A stretch of 64,000 nucleotides of DNA, taken from contig OZ260662.1 in assembly GCA_965285935.1 (NCBI GenBank), positions 14,942,001-15,006,000 on the forward strand, given 5' to 3'. Positions 23,258 to 32,384 of this stretch are shown here, in pieces; the first letter of the stretch is position 1, and each line of letters begins with the position of its first letter. The translations under genes were made by a program, and so were the position numbers. The DNA comes from Ophelia neglecta. Lineage: Eukaryota. The notes under the pieces are model-generated. The model worked only from the letters and a program-made list of their open reading frames with translations, was not told the DNA's origin and searched no databases.

Positions 23258-23970
23258 GTAAGTAGAAGTTACAAGTTATATATGTGTCAAGATGTAGGGT
23301 TTGTGCTCAAGGTCAGATCTCATATCACTCTATTATATTTTATGTCAAATTTCTTGTATTTAAATCCATGTTGTAGAAGGCCACTGTAATACACTGGTCA
23401 TAGCACGAGCTCATGTATGCATGTAGCTGCCCACTTCTATGTACATGCATTCGCTCAGTTGAGTTATATTTAGAGTAGCCACTGGCCTCCCTGAACCTTA
23501 TGCAGAGTGAGATGCGGGTCAGAAGGTCATAAAGTTTGTCGTGGGTGGTAGACTGCACACCAGTGTGGACAATTCTTAGATTAATCTAATGTAGAACCAA
23601 GCATAGGCCTATATATATAGTTCTGTCAGTAAAGTACCATGTAAATGGATAAAGTTTATGTATGTGTATATGTATTCCATAGCTAAACTTTTAACATGCC
23701 AGACAGGCTTAATTTATTTGTATTGCTTGATCTGTATATCTGTGCAGTATGTAGGCACATATATTATCTAGCTGTCATTCAATATCTTCTGTGTTAAGGC
23801 CATTTTAACTCTCACTACAAACATATGTCTCTGGATAGTTCATAACCCTTCTGTTTTTGCCTATATGGTTTATTATTATGTGTTATTCTGGCTATCTCAC
23901 TATTATAAGGAGTGCCTGTATTTTCTAATGCCTATGGACATGTATAGTATTGGTTTTTCGCTCTTTGCAG
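23258..23970 (+). other. Predicted spliceosomal intron inside the LTR (713 nt; copy 30720-31432)
   Basis: Donor GAT|GTAAGT, branch-like TTCTAAT at ~23923-23929, acceptor TTTTTCGCTCTTTGCAG. Confidence 0.55.
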
Positions 23971-23977
23971 TTGTAAC

Positions 23978-24026
23978 CGTCAATCGTCAATCGTCAATCG
24001 TCAATCGTCCATCGTCCATCGTCAAG
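23978..24026 (+). repeat. 7-bp tandem repeat (CGTCAAT)4(CGTCCAT)2CGTCAAG in LTR
   Basis: Read directly; copy at 31440-31488. Confidence 0.95.
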
Positions 24027-24356
24027 CCTATATCTCACCATTTTCAATTACAAAATTTATAACATTTACCATTCAATTAACACACCATTCAATTGCATCC
24101 AAATTCCATAATGTCTATGTCCTATATATCATAATAAATTTTTATAAAAGTAAGACGCGTATACATTCTTTGGCAAACTTTAACTTCTAAATGTAACACA
24201 CCTAAACAACTCCTCTAACGACAGCACGGGCTGTGCGTTATAGTTACAAATCTACGCATAACACCATCTGTTACAAACACCTACTTGATACACTTACGCC
24301 TTATATACCTTGTAACATTATACTTATTCCACACTTATTCACACCATATGTAAGAG

Positions 24357-27300
24357 ATGAGTGGTGGTGATACCTTGGCTGAAGGGCAGACGACTAAGAT
24401 AGAACGTGGTCGAGCAAGGGCCAGTGTTACCAGAAAGATCACGGCGATTCAAGACCTCATCAAAAAGAACAAAGAAGAAGATGAGCCATTGCAAGATTTA
24501 GAAGAGGAACTTGATGCCATATTTCTCGAATTTGTTGAGGTTTGCACTAAATACGAAGCAAACCTGACAGATCCCGCTGAGTTGGCCGAGGAAGCCAGGT
24601 ATAGTGAAGCTTTAAAAGCCCATGTCACCCAATGTAAAGCTGATGTGAAAAACTGGCGAGAAGCAGAAAGGCAATCTAATTTGAAAGAACCAGAGACGGA
24701 GCAAAATAATACGATGATCCATGATGAGAATGTCCAGCTGTCTGAAGCAACCCTAGAGGCTGCAGAGAAAAACAGACGTGACCAGGAAGAGGTACTTAGA
24801 CGTATCGAGAAGCAGGAAGAAGAGGACTACAAGGCACATCAGCTACGTCAACTTGCTATAGCGAAGCAAGCAGATCTTGAAGCTCGTCAACTTGAGTACC
24901 AAATTGAGGAGTTAGAGCAGAGGCGAAAGCGAGCGCAGGAGATAAGGGACAAAGAGTCATACCTACAGCAGCTACGGGAAGAAACCGAGATGCTGGATCG
25001 CACCCCAAACCGTAACCCCCCTCTGACATCCCGGATCAATGCCTCCACGCCTGACAATAACCCCGCCATGGGCAATGCAACGTTCCGCTCCAGTCGTCAA
25101 TCTTGGGACCCCACCATGATAACCAACACCTCAGCACCAGTTGATGAAACCTCTCGCCTTGCATCCGTGTTTGCTGATGCCCTGAGCCAGGTCCTAAATC
25201 AGAGTCAGGCAAGTAGCCAGTCGGTAATAGACGCCCTCCAGATACCCCAAGGGTCCCTTATGAAATTTGATGGTGACCCCTTAAAGTTTTGGACCTTTAT
25301 GCGGACGTTCCGTTCCAATGTTGATAGCCGATCAGTAGATGCCTCCACTAAGCACAACTGTTTGATGCGACACCTTACTGGACACGCTCTCTCCATGGTG
25401 GAGTACACCAACAATATGGACCCTGAAAGTGGCTACCCTGAAGCACTTAAAACCCTTGAGGAGAGAAGTGGGGATAAATTCCATATAGGCCAGCTGTGGG
25501 TAAAGAAAATAATTTCCCATGAGAGTGTAAGCACACCAGAAGAAATCAGAGAGTTTGCTGACCTCCTGAGAAACTGCTCAGAGACCCTGACTGCCATGAG
25601 CCGTATATCAATCATGGACAACACTCAAAGTATACAGACCATTTGGCTGAAACTCCCACAATACCTTCGCGATAGATGGGCACGTAAGAGCCTTGAGGTC
25701 CAGAGAACACAAAAACGAGAGACCACACTTAAAGAGATGGCTGAGTTTGTTGCACAAGCAGCTGACGAGATAAACCACCCGGTATATGGGAGAAACGTAA
25801 CAGCGAAACCCAAGGAAGATAAAGGAGGAAAGAACTCTCAAAGTAAGACCGCTCAAACCCGTAACCGTCAGAGACAAGCTGGAAGCTTTTCTGCCCAAAC
25901 TACTCCCCAGCAGGTCTCAAGTGGTACACCCCGATCGGGAAATAACTCTGAGACCAAATGTGCTAAGTGTAATGCCAGTCACCCAATCTGGACATGCGAG
26001 GATTTCAAAGGCCTGCGCATCACAGCACGGAGAGACTTGGTAAGAGAGAAACGCCTGTGTAACTGCTGTCTACGGGCTGGACATGTACAGGCAAGTTGTG
26101 CCAAAAAGCGTACCTGTGGAATAGATGGCTGCACCGAAACTCATAGTCGCTTCCTACACCTGCGTCCAAACCCAGGACCACCTGCATCACGTCAACAAGC
26201 AGCTAATTCTGCATCACAGCAACCGGCTGTCAGTACTCCTGCACAACCAGCAGCACCAAGCGCTGTCTTGCCGCCGACATTAGTAACCCCAAGTGAAACA
26301 AGAACCAGTAGTTTTGTCCGTGGTGTAGGTAGTAAAGTGGCACTGCCTATAGTACCAGCTCGAGTAAGATGTCCCAACAGTAATACCGTCATAGATACCT
26401 ATGCCCTGTTAGACACTGGAACAGACGCTACCTATTGTACTGAGGAACTTTGCGAGAAACTTGGTGCAAAGGGATCAACTCGGAAGTTTGAGCTTACTAC
26501 CATGACCCAGTCAAGAATGTCATTCGAGGCTAAAGTTGTCACCTTGATGATAGGGGACCTAGGAGACAACCAACAATTTACCATACCAGAAGTAACAGTC
26601 CGACCTGGACTAAATATATCATCGGCAAGTATGGCACGCCAAGTTGATCTCGCAGAATGGCCGCACCTAGCCGACCTACAGATACCAGATTTGGATATCA
26701 ACCAAGTCGACTTACTGATTGGCCAAGACTGTCCTGATATACTTCTACCTACCGAAAGACGTACAGGCAGTCCTGGTGAGCCATTTGCAGTACACACTCC
26801 CCTTGGATGGGCTGTCAATGGTCCTGTGGGACCTCCTATACCCCACAAGAATACCCGTGTTTCTAACTTTGTACAGCGCCCACCACTCGAGAGCGACCTT
26901 GCCCGACTTTGGGAACTAGAAGGATCTCAGTCGGAGGAAGTAGGAATGTCTATTGATGACCAAAAGGCTCTAGATATATGGGAAAACAGTAAAACCCTCG
27001 TGGATGGACACTACACCCTTGACATACCGTTTAAAGCAAAAGAGCCTGCGCTGGCAAACAATCTTCCCATGGCAGAAAGAAGACTAGCCCTCCTAGGAAA
27101 GCGCCTAGATCGTGACCCTGTACTTAAGGAGAAGTACACCGCCGAAGTCCAGAAATTAGTGGACAAGGGATATGCTGAACGAGTCGCCGAACCTGAACTT
27201 CAGCGTTCTGACAACAAAGTATGGTACCTTCCACACCACCCGGTATTCAATCCAAAGAAACCCGAGAAAACTCGCCTCGTATTCGATTGCGCCGCTAAGT

Positions 27301-30164
27301 ACCAAGGGTACTCCCTGAATGACAACATACTCCAAGGACCGGACTTAACAAACAGTCTTGTAGGAGTACTGTTAAGGTTCCGAAAGGGCCTTGTAGCTTT
27401 CATGGCCGATGTTGAAGCTATGTTCCATCAAGTCTTGGTAACTCCGAAGGACCGAGATGTACTACGGTATATATGGTTTGAGGATGACAACACCAAGAAT
27501 ACCTACACCACATACCGTATGACTGCTCACTTATTTGGAGGAGTCTGGAGCCCGAGCTGCGCCAACTATGCATTGCAGAGTGTAGCTGAGGAGTTCAAAG
27601 ACCAATATAACTCAGAAGTTCGTGAAGCAATTGTCCGTAGCTTCTACGTTGATGACTGCCTTAAATCCGTCGACGACATACCTTCAGCCATTCAATTGGC
27701 CACCGAGCTTCGAGAAGCACTATCCCGTCGAGGCTTCAACCTGACAAAGTGGATATCAAATTGCAAGGAGCTAATTAACGTAATCCCACCAGAAAATTTG
27801 GGAAAGGCTTCATCGCCCCTTGATGTTTGCCTTGATGCCCTCCCGAGTGAAAGAGCACTTGGTATGCTCTGGCACGTTGCCGAAGATGCATTTGGATTTG
27901 ATGTCCAAATTACACCAAGACCGGACACCAAACGAGGAGTCCTCAGTACCCTTAGCGCCATTTACGATCCCTTGGGATTTGTTAGCCCGTACATACTCCA
28001 AGCACGAAGGGTGTTCCAGATGTTATGCCGACAGAAGCTAGAGTGGGATGCACCCCTCCCAAACAACTGGAAAGAGCCATGGGGCCGGTGGAAGCAGGAC
28101 CTCCCATCTCTACAGGATTTTACTATTCCTAGATGTTTCAAGTCTGAAGACATCAAAATTAAATCCGCTCAACTCCATCACTTCTCAGATGCATCTGAAT
28201 ACGCATTTGGAGCAGTTTCATATTTACGCCTTGTCGGGGAAGACAATGAAGTCGAAGTAAACCTTCTGATGGCCAAGTCCAGACTTGCACCCCTAAAAGG
28301 ATCTACCATCCCAAGATTAGAGCTAGCCGGAGCCCTAGAAGCAGTCCGCCTAGACAAGAAAATCCATAGCGAACTTGATATGCCAGTCTTGGAGGAGTCT
28401 GTGTTCTGGACAGACAGCACCATAGTGTTGTGGTACATAACCACCACTGATAAACGATTCCAAACATTCGTAGCAAACCGAGTCGGAAAGATACTAGAGT
28501 ATACCGGCGCATCTCAGTGGCGACATGTACCTACCGATCATAACCCTGCTGATGACGCCTCAAGAGGAATGACTGCTGAGGAACTCCTACAAGACCGTAG
28601 ATGGGTGAAAGGACCAAAATTCCTATATCGTGACCCAGAGAGTTGGCCTGAATCTCCTAGAGTGTTTGCGGACGATATAGAGTCAAAGGCTGAGTTGAAG
28701 AAATCACTCGCAGTCTACTCTGCAAAAACAGAGATCGATTACACCTCAATCATACTGAATTACTACTCCTCATGGTTCCGATTGAAGAAAGCCGTTGCCT
28801 GGTACCGGAGATGTGGGAAATTGTTCCGTAAACAGAAACCGAGTCCCGGACCACTAACCACTGATGAACTGCAGTCCGCTGAAACTGCCATACTCCTGGT
28901 AGTGCAGAGAGCTCTACCACCGATACAGTCACTCCGTAGATTCAACCCTACAGTACACCCTGATGGTCTAGTCCGTATTGGAGGAAGACTTGAGAAGTCC
29001 TACCTTCCTTTGGATGCAAAGCACCAGGTAATTCTACCAAACAACCACCATGTTGTGAAAATCATAGTTGATGCCGCCCATCGACGGGTATCCCATGCAG
29101 GTGCTGAAAGAGTACTCGCCGAAATCAGGCTGAAGTATTGGATCCTAAATGGACGACCCCTCATACACTCAGTATGCAACAAGTGCATTATCTGCAACAC
29201 CATTCGAGCTAAACCAGCAGTACCAATGATGGCCGACCTACCTGAGTCCCGAGTAACCCCTGGAGAACCACCCTTTACCAGAGTTGGAGTTGACTATTTC
29301 GGCCCATTTTTGGTGAAGAGAGGAAGATCCGATGACAAGCGATATGGTTGCCTGTTTACCTGCTTTGCAACCAGGGCAGTCCATATAGAAGTAGCCCACA
29401 AGCTAGACACTGACAGTTACATCAATGCACTCCAAAGATTCATCGCAAGACGAGGCGAACCAAAAGAGATATGGTCCGACAACGGGACCAACCTTGTTGG
29501 AGCCCGTTCTGAGCTGTTAAAGTCTCTCAAACAGTTCAACAGTGAACAGATACACCAGCACCTCCTGAAAGCCAACATTGACTGGCACTTCAATCCACCG
29601 AACGCCTCTCATATGGGTGGAGTTTGGGAACGCCAAATCCGCACCGTCCGTTCCGTACTGGCAGGTATGGGAAATGAGAAGATCCTAGATGATGAAGGAC
29701 TCCTGACTCTGATGACAGTGGTTGAGGGCATAGTAAACGGCCGCCCCATAACCAAGCTGTCGGAGGATCCCAGCGATGATAGACCCCTGACACCAAACCA
29801 TCTGTTGAGACTGCAACCCTCAGTTGATGCGTCCCCCGGTGTATTTGATTCATCCGATATATACCGAAGAAGATGGCGACAAGTTCAAGGCATGGTTGAT
29901 ACCTTCTGGAAACGTTGGATACGAGAGTATCTACCAACCCTACAGTCACGAACGAAGTGGCAGAAACCCCAGAGAGATATCACCAAGGGCGACCTTGTGT
30001 TGATCAGACAAGACACCCCGCGCAACCAGTGGCCCCTAGGACTCGTGGTTGATGCCTACCCAAGCGATGATGGCCATGTGAGATCCGTAGCAGTAAGGAC
30101 CACAAGTGGAGTGTACGATAGGCCTGTGGCCAAGCTATGTTTGCTGGAAGCTGCATCGCCATGA
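24357..30164 (+). CDS. BEL/Pao gag-pol polyprotein (1935 aa): Gag with three Zn knuckles, aspartic protease, reverse transcriptase, RNase H, integrase
   Basis: Gag KFDGDPLKFWTF; knuckles CAKCNASHPIWTC, CNCCLRAGHVQASC, CGIDGCTETHSRFLH. PR ALLDTGTD. RT YLPHHPV, RLVFD, DVEAMFHQV, FYVDD. RH FSDASE, IPRLEL, FWTDS, NPADDASRG. IN H..H..CNKCIIC, VDYFGP, SDNGTN, GGVWERQI; C-terminal WPLGLV..D..VRSV..RP. No env ORF. Confidence 0.97.
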   Translation: MSGGDTLAEGQTTKIERGRARASVTRKITAIQDLIKKNKEEDEPLQDLEEELDAIFLEFVEVCTKYEANLTDPAELAEEARYSEALKAHVTQCKADVKNWREAERQSNLKEPETEQNNTMIHDENVQLSEATLEAAEKNRRDQEEVLRRIEKQEEEDYKAHQLRQLAIAKQADLEARQLEYQIEELEQRRKRAQEIRDKESYLQQLREETEMLDRTPNRNPPLTSRINASTPDNNPAMGNATFRSSRQSWDPTMITNTSAPVDETSRLASVFADALSQVLNQSQASSQSVIDALQIPQGSLMKFDGDPLKFWTFMRTFRSNVDSRSVDASTKHNCLMRHLTGHALSMVEYTNNMDPESGYPEALKTLEERSGDKFHIGQLWVKKIISHESVSTPEEIREFADLLRNCSETLTAMSRISIMDNTQSIQTIWLKLPQYLRDRWARKSLEVQRTQKRETTLKEMAEFVAQAADEINHPVYGRNVTAKPKEDKGGKNSQSKTAQTRNRQRQAGSFSAQTTPQQVSSGTPRSGNNSETKCAKCNASHPIWTCEDFKGLRITARRDLVREKRLCNCCLRAGHVQASCAKKRTCGIDGCTETHSRFLHLRPNPGPPASRQQAANSASQQPAVSTPAQPAAPSAVLPPTLVTPSETRTSSFVRGVGSKVALPIVPARVRCPNSNTVIDTYALLDTGTDATYCTEELCEKLGAKGSTRKFELTTMTQSRMSFEAKVVTLMIGDLGDNQQFTIPEVTVRPGLNISSASMARQVDLAEWPHLADLQIPDLDINQVDLLIGQDCPDILLPTERRTGSPGEPFAVHTPLGWAVNGPVGPPIPHKNTRVSNFVQRPPLESDLARLWELEGSQSEEVGMSIDDQKALDIWENSKTLVDGHYTLDIPFKAKEPALANNLPMAERRLALLGKRLDRDPVLKEKYTAEVQKLVDKGYAERVAEPELQRSDNKVWYLPHHPVFNPKKPEKTRLVFDCAAKYQGYSLNDNILQGPDLTNSLVGVLLRFRKGLVAFMADVEAMFHQVLVTPKDRDVLRYIWFEDDNTKNTYTTYRMTAHLFGGVWSPSCANYALQSVAEEFKDQYNSEVREAIVRSFYVDDCLKSVDDIPSAIQLATELREALSRRGFNLTKWISNCKELINVIPPENLGKASSPLDVCLDALPSERALGMLWHVAEDAFGFDVQITPRPDTKRGVLSTLSAIYDPLGFVSPYILQARRVFQMLCRQKLEWDAPLPNNWKEPWGRWKQDLPSLQDFTIPRCFKSEDIKIKSAQLHHFSDASEYAFGAVSYLRLVGEDNEVEVNLLMAKSRLAPLKGSTIPRLELAGALEAVRLDKKIHSELDMPVLEESVFWTDSTIVLWYITTTDKRFQTFVANRVGKILEYTGASQWRHVPTDHNPADDASRGMTAEELLQDRRWVKGPKFLYRDPESWPESPRVFADDIESKAELKKSLAVYSAKTEIDYTSIILNYYSSWFRLKKAVAWYRRCGKLFRKQKPSPGPLTTDELQSAETAILLVVQRALPPIQSLRRFNPTVHPDGLVRIGGRLEKSYLPLDAKHQVILPNNHHVVKIIVDAAHRRVSHAGAERVLAEIRLKYWILNGRPLIHSVCNKCIICNTIRAKPAVPMMADLPESRVTPGEPPFTRVGVDYFGPFLVKRGRSDDKRYGCLFTCFATRAVHIEVAHKLDTDSYINALQRFIARRGEPKEIWSDNGTNLVGARSELLKSLKQFNSEQIHQHLLKANIDWHFNPPNASHMGGVWERQIRTVRSVLAGMGNEKILDDEGLLTLMTVVEGIVNGRPITKLSEDPSDDRPLTPNHLLRLQPSVDASPGVFDSSDIYRRRWRQVQGMVDTFWKRWIREYLPTLQSRTKWQKPQRDITKGDLVLIRQDTPRNQWPLGLVVDAYPSDDGHVRSVAVRTTSGVYDRPVAKLCLLEAASP

Positions 30165-30430
30165 GCTACCTGCAGTGACCTCTGATGAACTTAATTTGTA
30201 GAAGGCCCTTGGACAATGAGATTTGGAACCGATTTGTGCTCACTGTATAATAGGTTGAGGAAATGTACGCCGAACGCTGTTTCCGATGCCACTGTGGCTT
30301 TTTTTTTATTAATGTCATACCTCATTTATATATGCATTAGTTGTCATTACTAGGTTTTTTTCTTTTTGCTCTTCTATATTGTATTTTGTCGGTACTTATT
30401 GTATTGGAATGCATACCTATGGTAGTGCAT

Positions 30431-30439
30431 TGGGGCCGG
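30431..30439 (+). promoter_or_regulatory. Polypurine-tract position (TGGGGCCGG) preceded by a hairpin
   Basis: Abuts the 3' LTR start at 30440; stem AATGCA-TACC/GGTA-G-TGCATT at 30408-30431. Confidence 0.7.
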
Positions 30440-31704
30440 TGTAATGTACCTCCTGTTTTTTTTTGTGTTTTCTTATAATAATTTGTTTTGTAAACCTTTA
30501 ATGTCACTATGACACCTAGTTATTTCTCAGATTAGTTTCCCTCCATTTTAAACCGGATATGGATAAGCCCTGATGCTGCAGCCCCCTATAAGTAGATTAG
30601 GCATTAGGCGTCAGATTGTAGGACTAGCCATTTTGTTATAGGAACATTGCCCCAACTAAGACCCCTTAGGAACATTGCCCCAACTAAGAACCATTAGGAA
30701 CCATAATACCGCCAAAGATGTAAGTAGAAGTTACAAGTTATATATGTGTCAAGATGTAGGGTTTGTGCTCAAGGTCAGATCTCATATCACTCTATTATAT
30801 TTTATGTCAAATTTCTTGTATTTAAATCCATGTTGTAGAAGGCCACTGTAATACACTGGTCATAGCACGAGCTCATGTATGCATGTAGCTGCCCACTTCT
30901 ATGTACATGCATTCGCTCAGTTGAGTTATATTTAGAGTAGCCACTGGCCTCCCTGAACCTTATGCAGAGTGAGATGCGGGTCAGAAGGTCATAAAGTTTG
31001 TCGTGGGTGGTAGACTGCACACCAGTGTGGACAATTCTTAGATTAATCTAATGTAGAACCAAGCATAGGCCTATATATATAGTTCTGTCAGTAAAGTACC
31101 ATGTAAATGGATAAAGTTTATGTATGTGTATATGTATTCCATAGCTAAACTTTTAACATGCCAGACAGGCTTAATTTATTTGTATTGCTTGATCTGTATA
31201 TCTGTGCAGTATGTAGGCACATATATTATCTAGCTGTCATTCAATATCTTCTGTGTTAAGGCCATTTTAACTCTCACTACAAACATATGTCTCTGGATAG
31301 TTCATAACCCTTCTGTTTTTGCCTATATGGTTTATTATTATGTGTTATTCTGGCTATCTCACTATTATAAGGAGTGCCTGTATTTTCTAATGCCTATGGA
31401 CATGTATAGTATTGGTTTTTCGCTCTTTGCAGTTGTAACCGTCAATCGTCAATCGTCAATCGTCAATCGTCCATCGTCCATCGTCAAGCCTATATCTCAC
31501 CATTTTCAATTACAAAATTTATAACATTTACCATTCAATTAACACACCATTCAATTGCATCCAAATTCCATAATGTCTATGTCCTATATATCATAATAAA
31601 TTTTTATAAAAGTAAGACGCGTATACATTCTTTGGCAAACTTTAACTTCTAAATGTAACACACCTAAACAACTCCTCTAACGACAGCACGGGCTGTGCGT
31701 TATA
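30440..31704 (+). repeat. 3' LTR
   Basis: No differences from the 5' LTR seen by eye; the two short ORFs inside translate identically. Confidence 0.93.
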
Positions 31705-31709
31705 CATAC
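31705..31709 (+). repeat. Target-site duplication CATAC (right)
   Basis: Matches 22973-22977. Confidence 0.85.
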
Positions 31710-31759
31710 CTTTTCATGGCTTCAATGGGAAAATATTTGTGTATCATTTACAGCAAAAC

Positions 31760-31870
31760 ATTGAAGGAGTTGCTTTGTCGACTTAAGAATAATATAGTAC
31801 ACACAACCCAGGCAAATCTGCTCGTTAGGCAATCCTTTCTGTGTATATGTCCGCAGGCGCCAGCAATTAC
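31760..31870 (-). pseudogene. Possible gag Zn-knuckle and protease remnants of the decayed Gypsy-type element, on the far side of the BEL insertion
   Basis: CWR../GHIHRKDC (31865-31829) and L/VDKAT (about 31790-31768), both read across frameshifts. Confidence 0.3.
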
Positions 31871-32205
31871 TCTTAACTAAAAGTGGGCTCATTCTAAGGC
31901 ATAAAAGAAAAGGTGACTCAGTAGGTTCCTATAGCCGCCTTTGGCGTATTAGCTTCCATAAAGGTATCTTCAAAGAAAGCGAAGACAGAAGTTTATGCTG
32001 CTGTATAGCTTGAAAACACCGGCTTGAAACAGGTTCCTTGTTGGTATTATAAAAGAGCAAATTGCAAAGTGGACACAACATTGTTCTTGTCTCATTAAGG
32101 GATAAACCTGCCTTGCCCTCTGGTCCTGTAAGGGGTTACATCAAATAAAGTATTATTTTTTCGTTTATTGAAGGTGCAATTAAATGGCTTACATTTATTA
32201 TTATA

Positions 32206-32384
32206 CAGTGAAACCTGTCTAATCAGGTCAGTCAAGGGACTGGAATAAAGTGAGCATGTTAGGCAGGTGAACTTATTAGGGAGGTCATTTAATACAGGGA
32301 TAGATGAGGAGAAGGCTATTATGAAGTGACCTTTGATGGCAGGTGACCCCATTACACAGGTGACCACAAACACAGGTTTCACTG
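32206..32384. mobile_element. Tc1/mariner-pogo type MITE (179 bp)
   Basis: Perfect 13-bp TIR CAGTGAAACCTGT...ACAGGTTTCACTG flanked by TA on both sides; internal CAGGTGA repeats. Confidence 0.88.

Larger units (their letters stand above)
22978..24242 (+). repeat. 5' LTR (TG...TA)
   Basis: Begins TGTAATGTACC; identity with 30440-31704 ends at ...GCGTTATA. TATA-like TATAAGTA at 23125; AATAAA at 24133-24138. Confidence 0.93.
22978..31704 (+). mobile_element. Full-length intact BEL/Pao LTR retrotransposon (8727 bp)
   Basis: Paired 1265-bp LTRs at a constant offset of 7462, 5-bp TSD, uninterrupted polyprotein ORF with BEL/Pao-specific motifs, purine-rich tract before the 3' LTR. Confidence 0.97.

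Noticed and set aside
23340-24062. 72-aa (-) and 65-aa (+) ORFs in the LTR, duplicated at 30802 and 31327
   Set aside because: Duplicated only because they lie in the LTRs; no motifs; the second runs through a splice acceptor and a 7-bp repeat.
24243-24248. Alternative 5' LTR end at ...GTTACA giving canonical TG..CA termini
   Set aside because: The 3' LTR lacks GTTA here, and this reading leaves only a 3-bp TSD (TAC). The TA end gives a clean 5-bp CATAC TSD, typical for BEL/Pao.
24887-29949. Numerous antisense and alternate-frame ORFs within the polyprotein
   Set aside because: Shadows of the long GC-richer coding frame; no recognisable domains.
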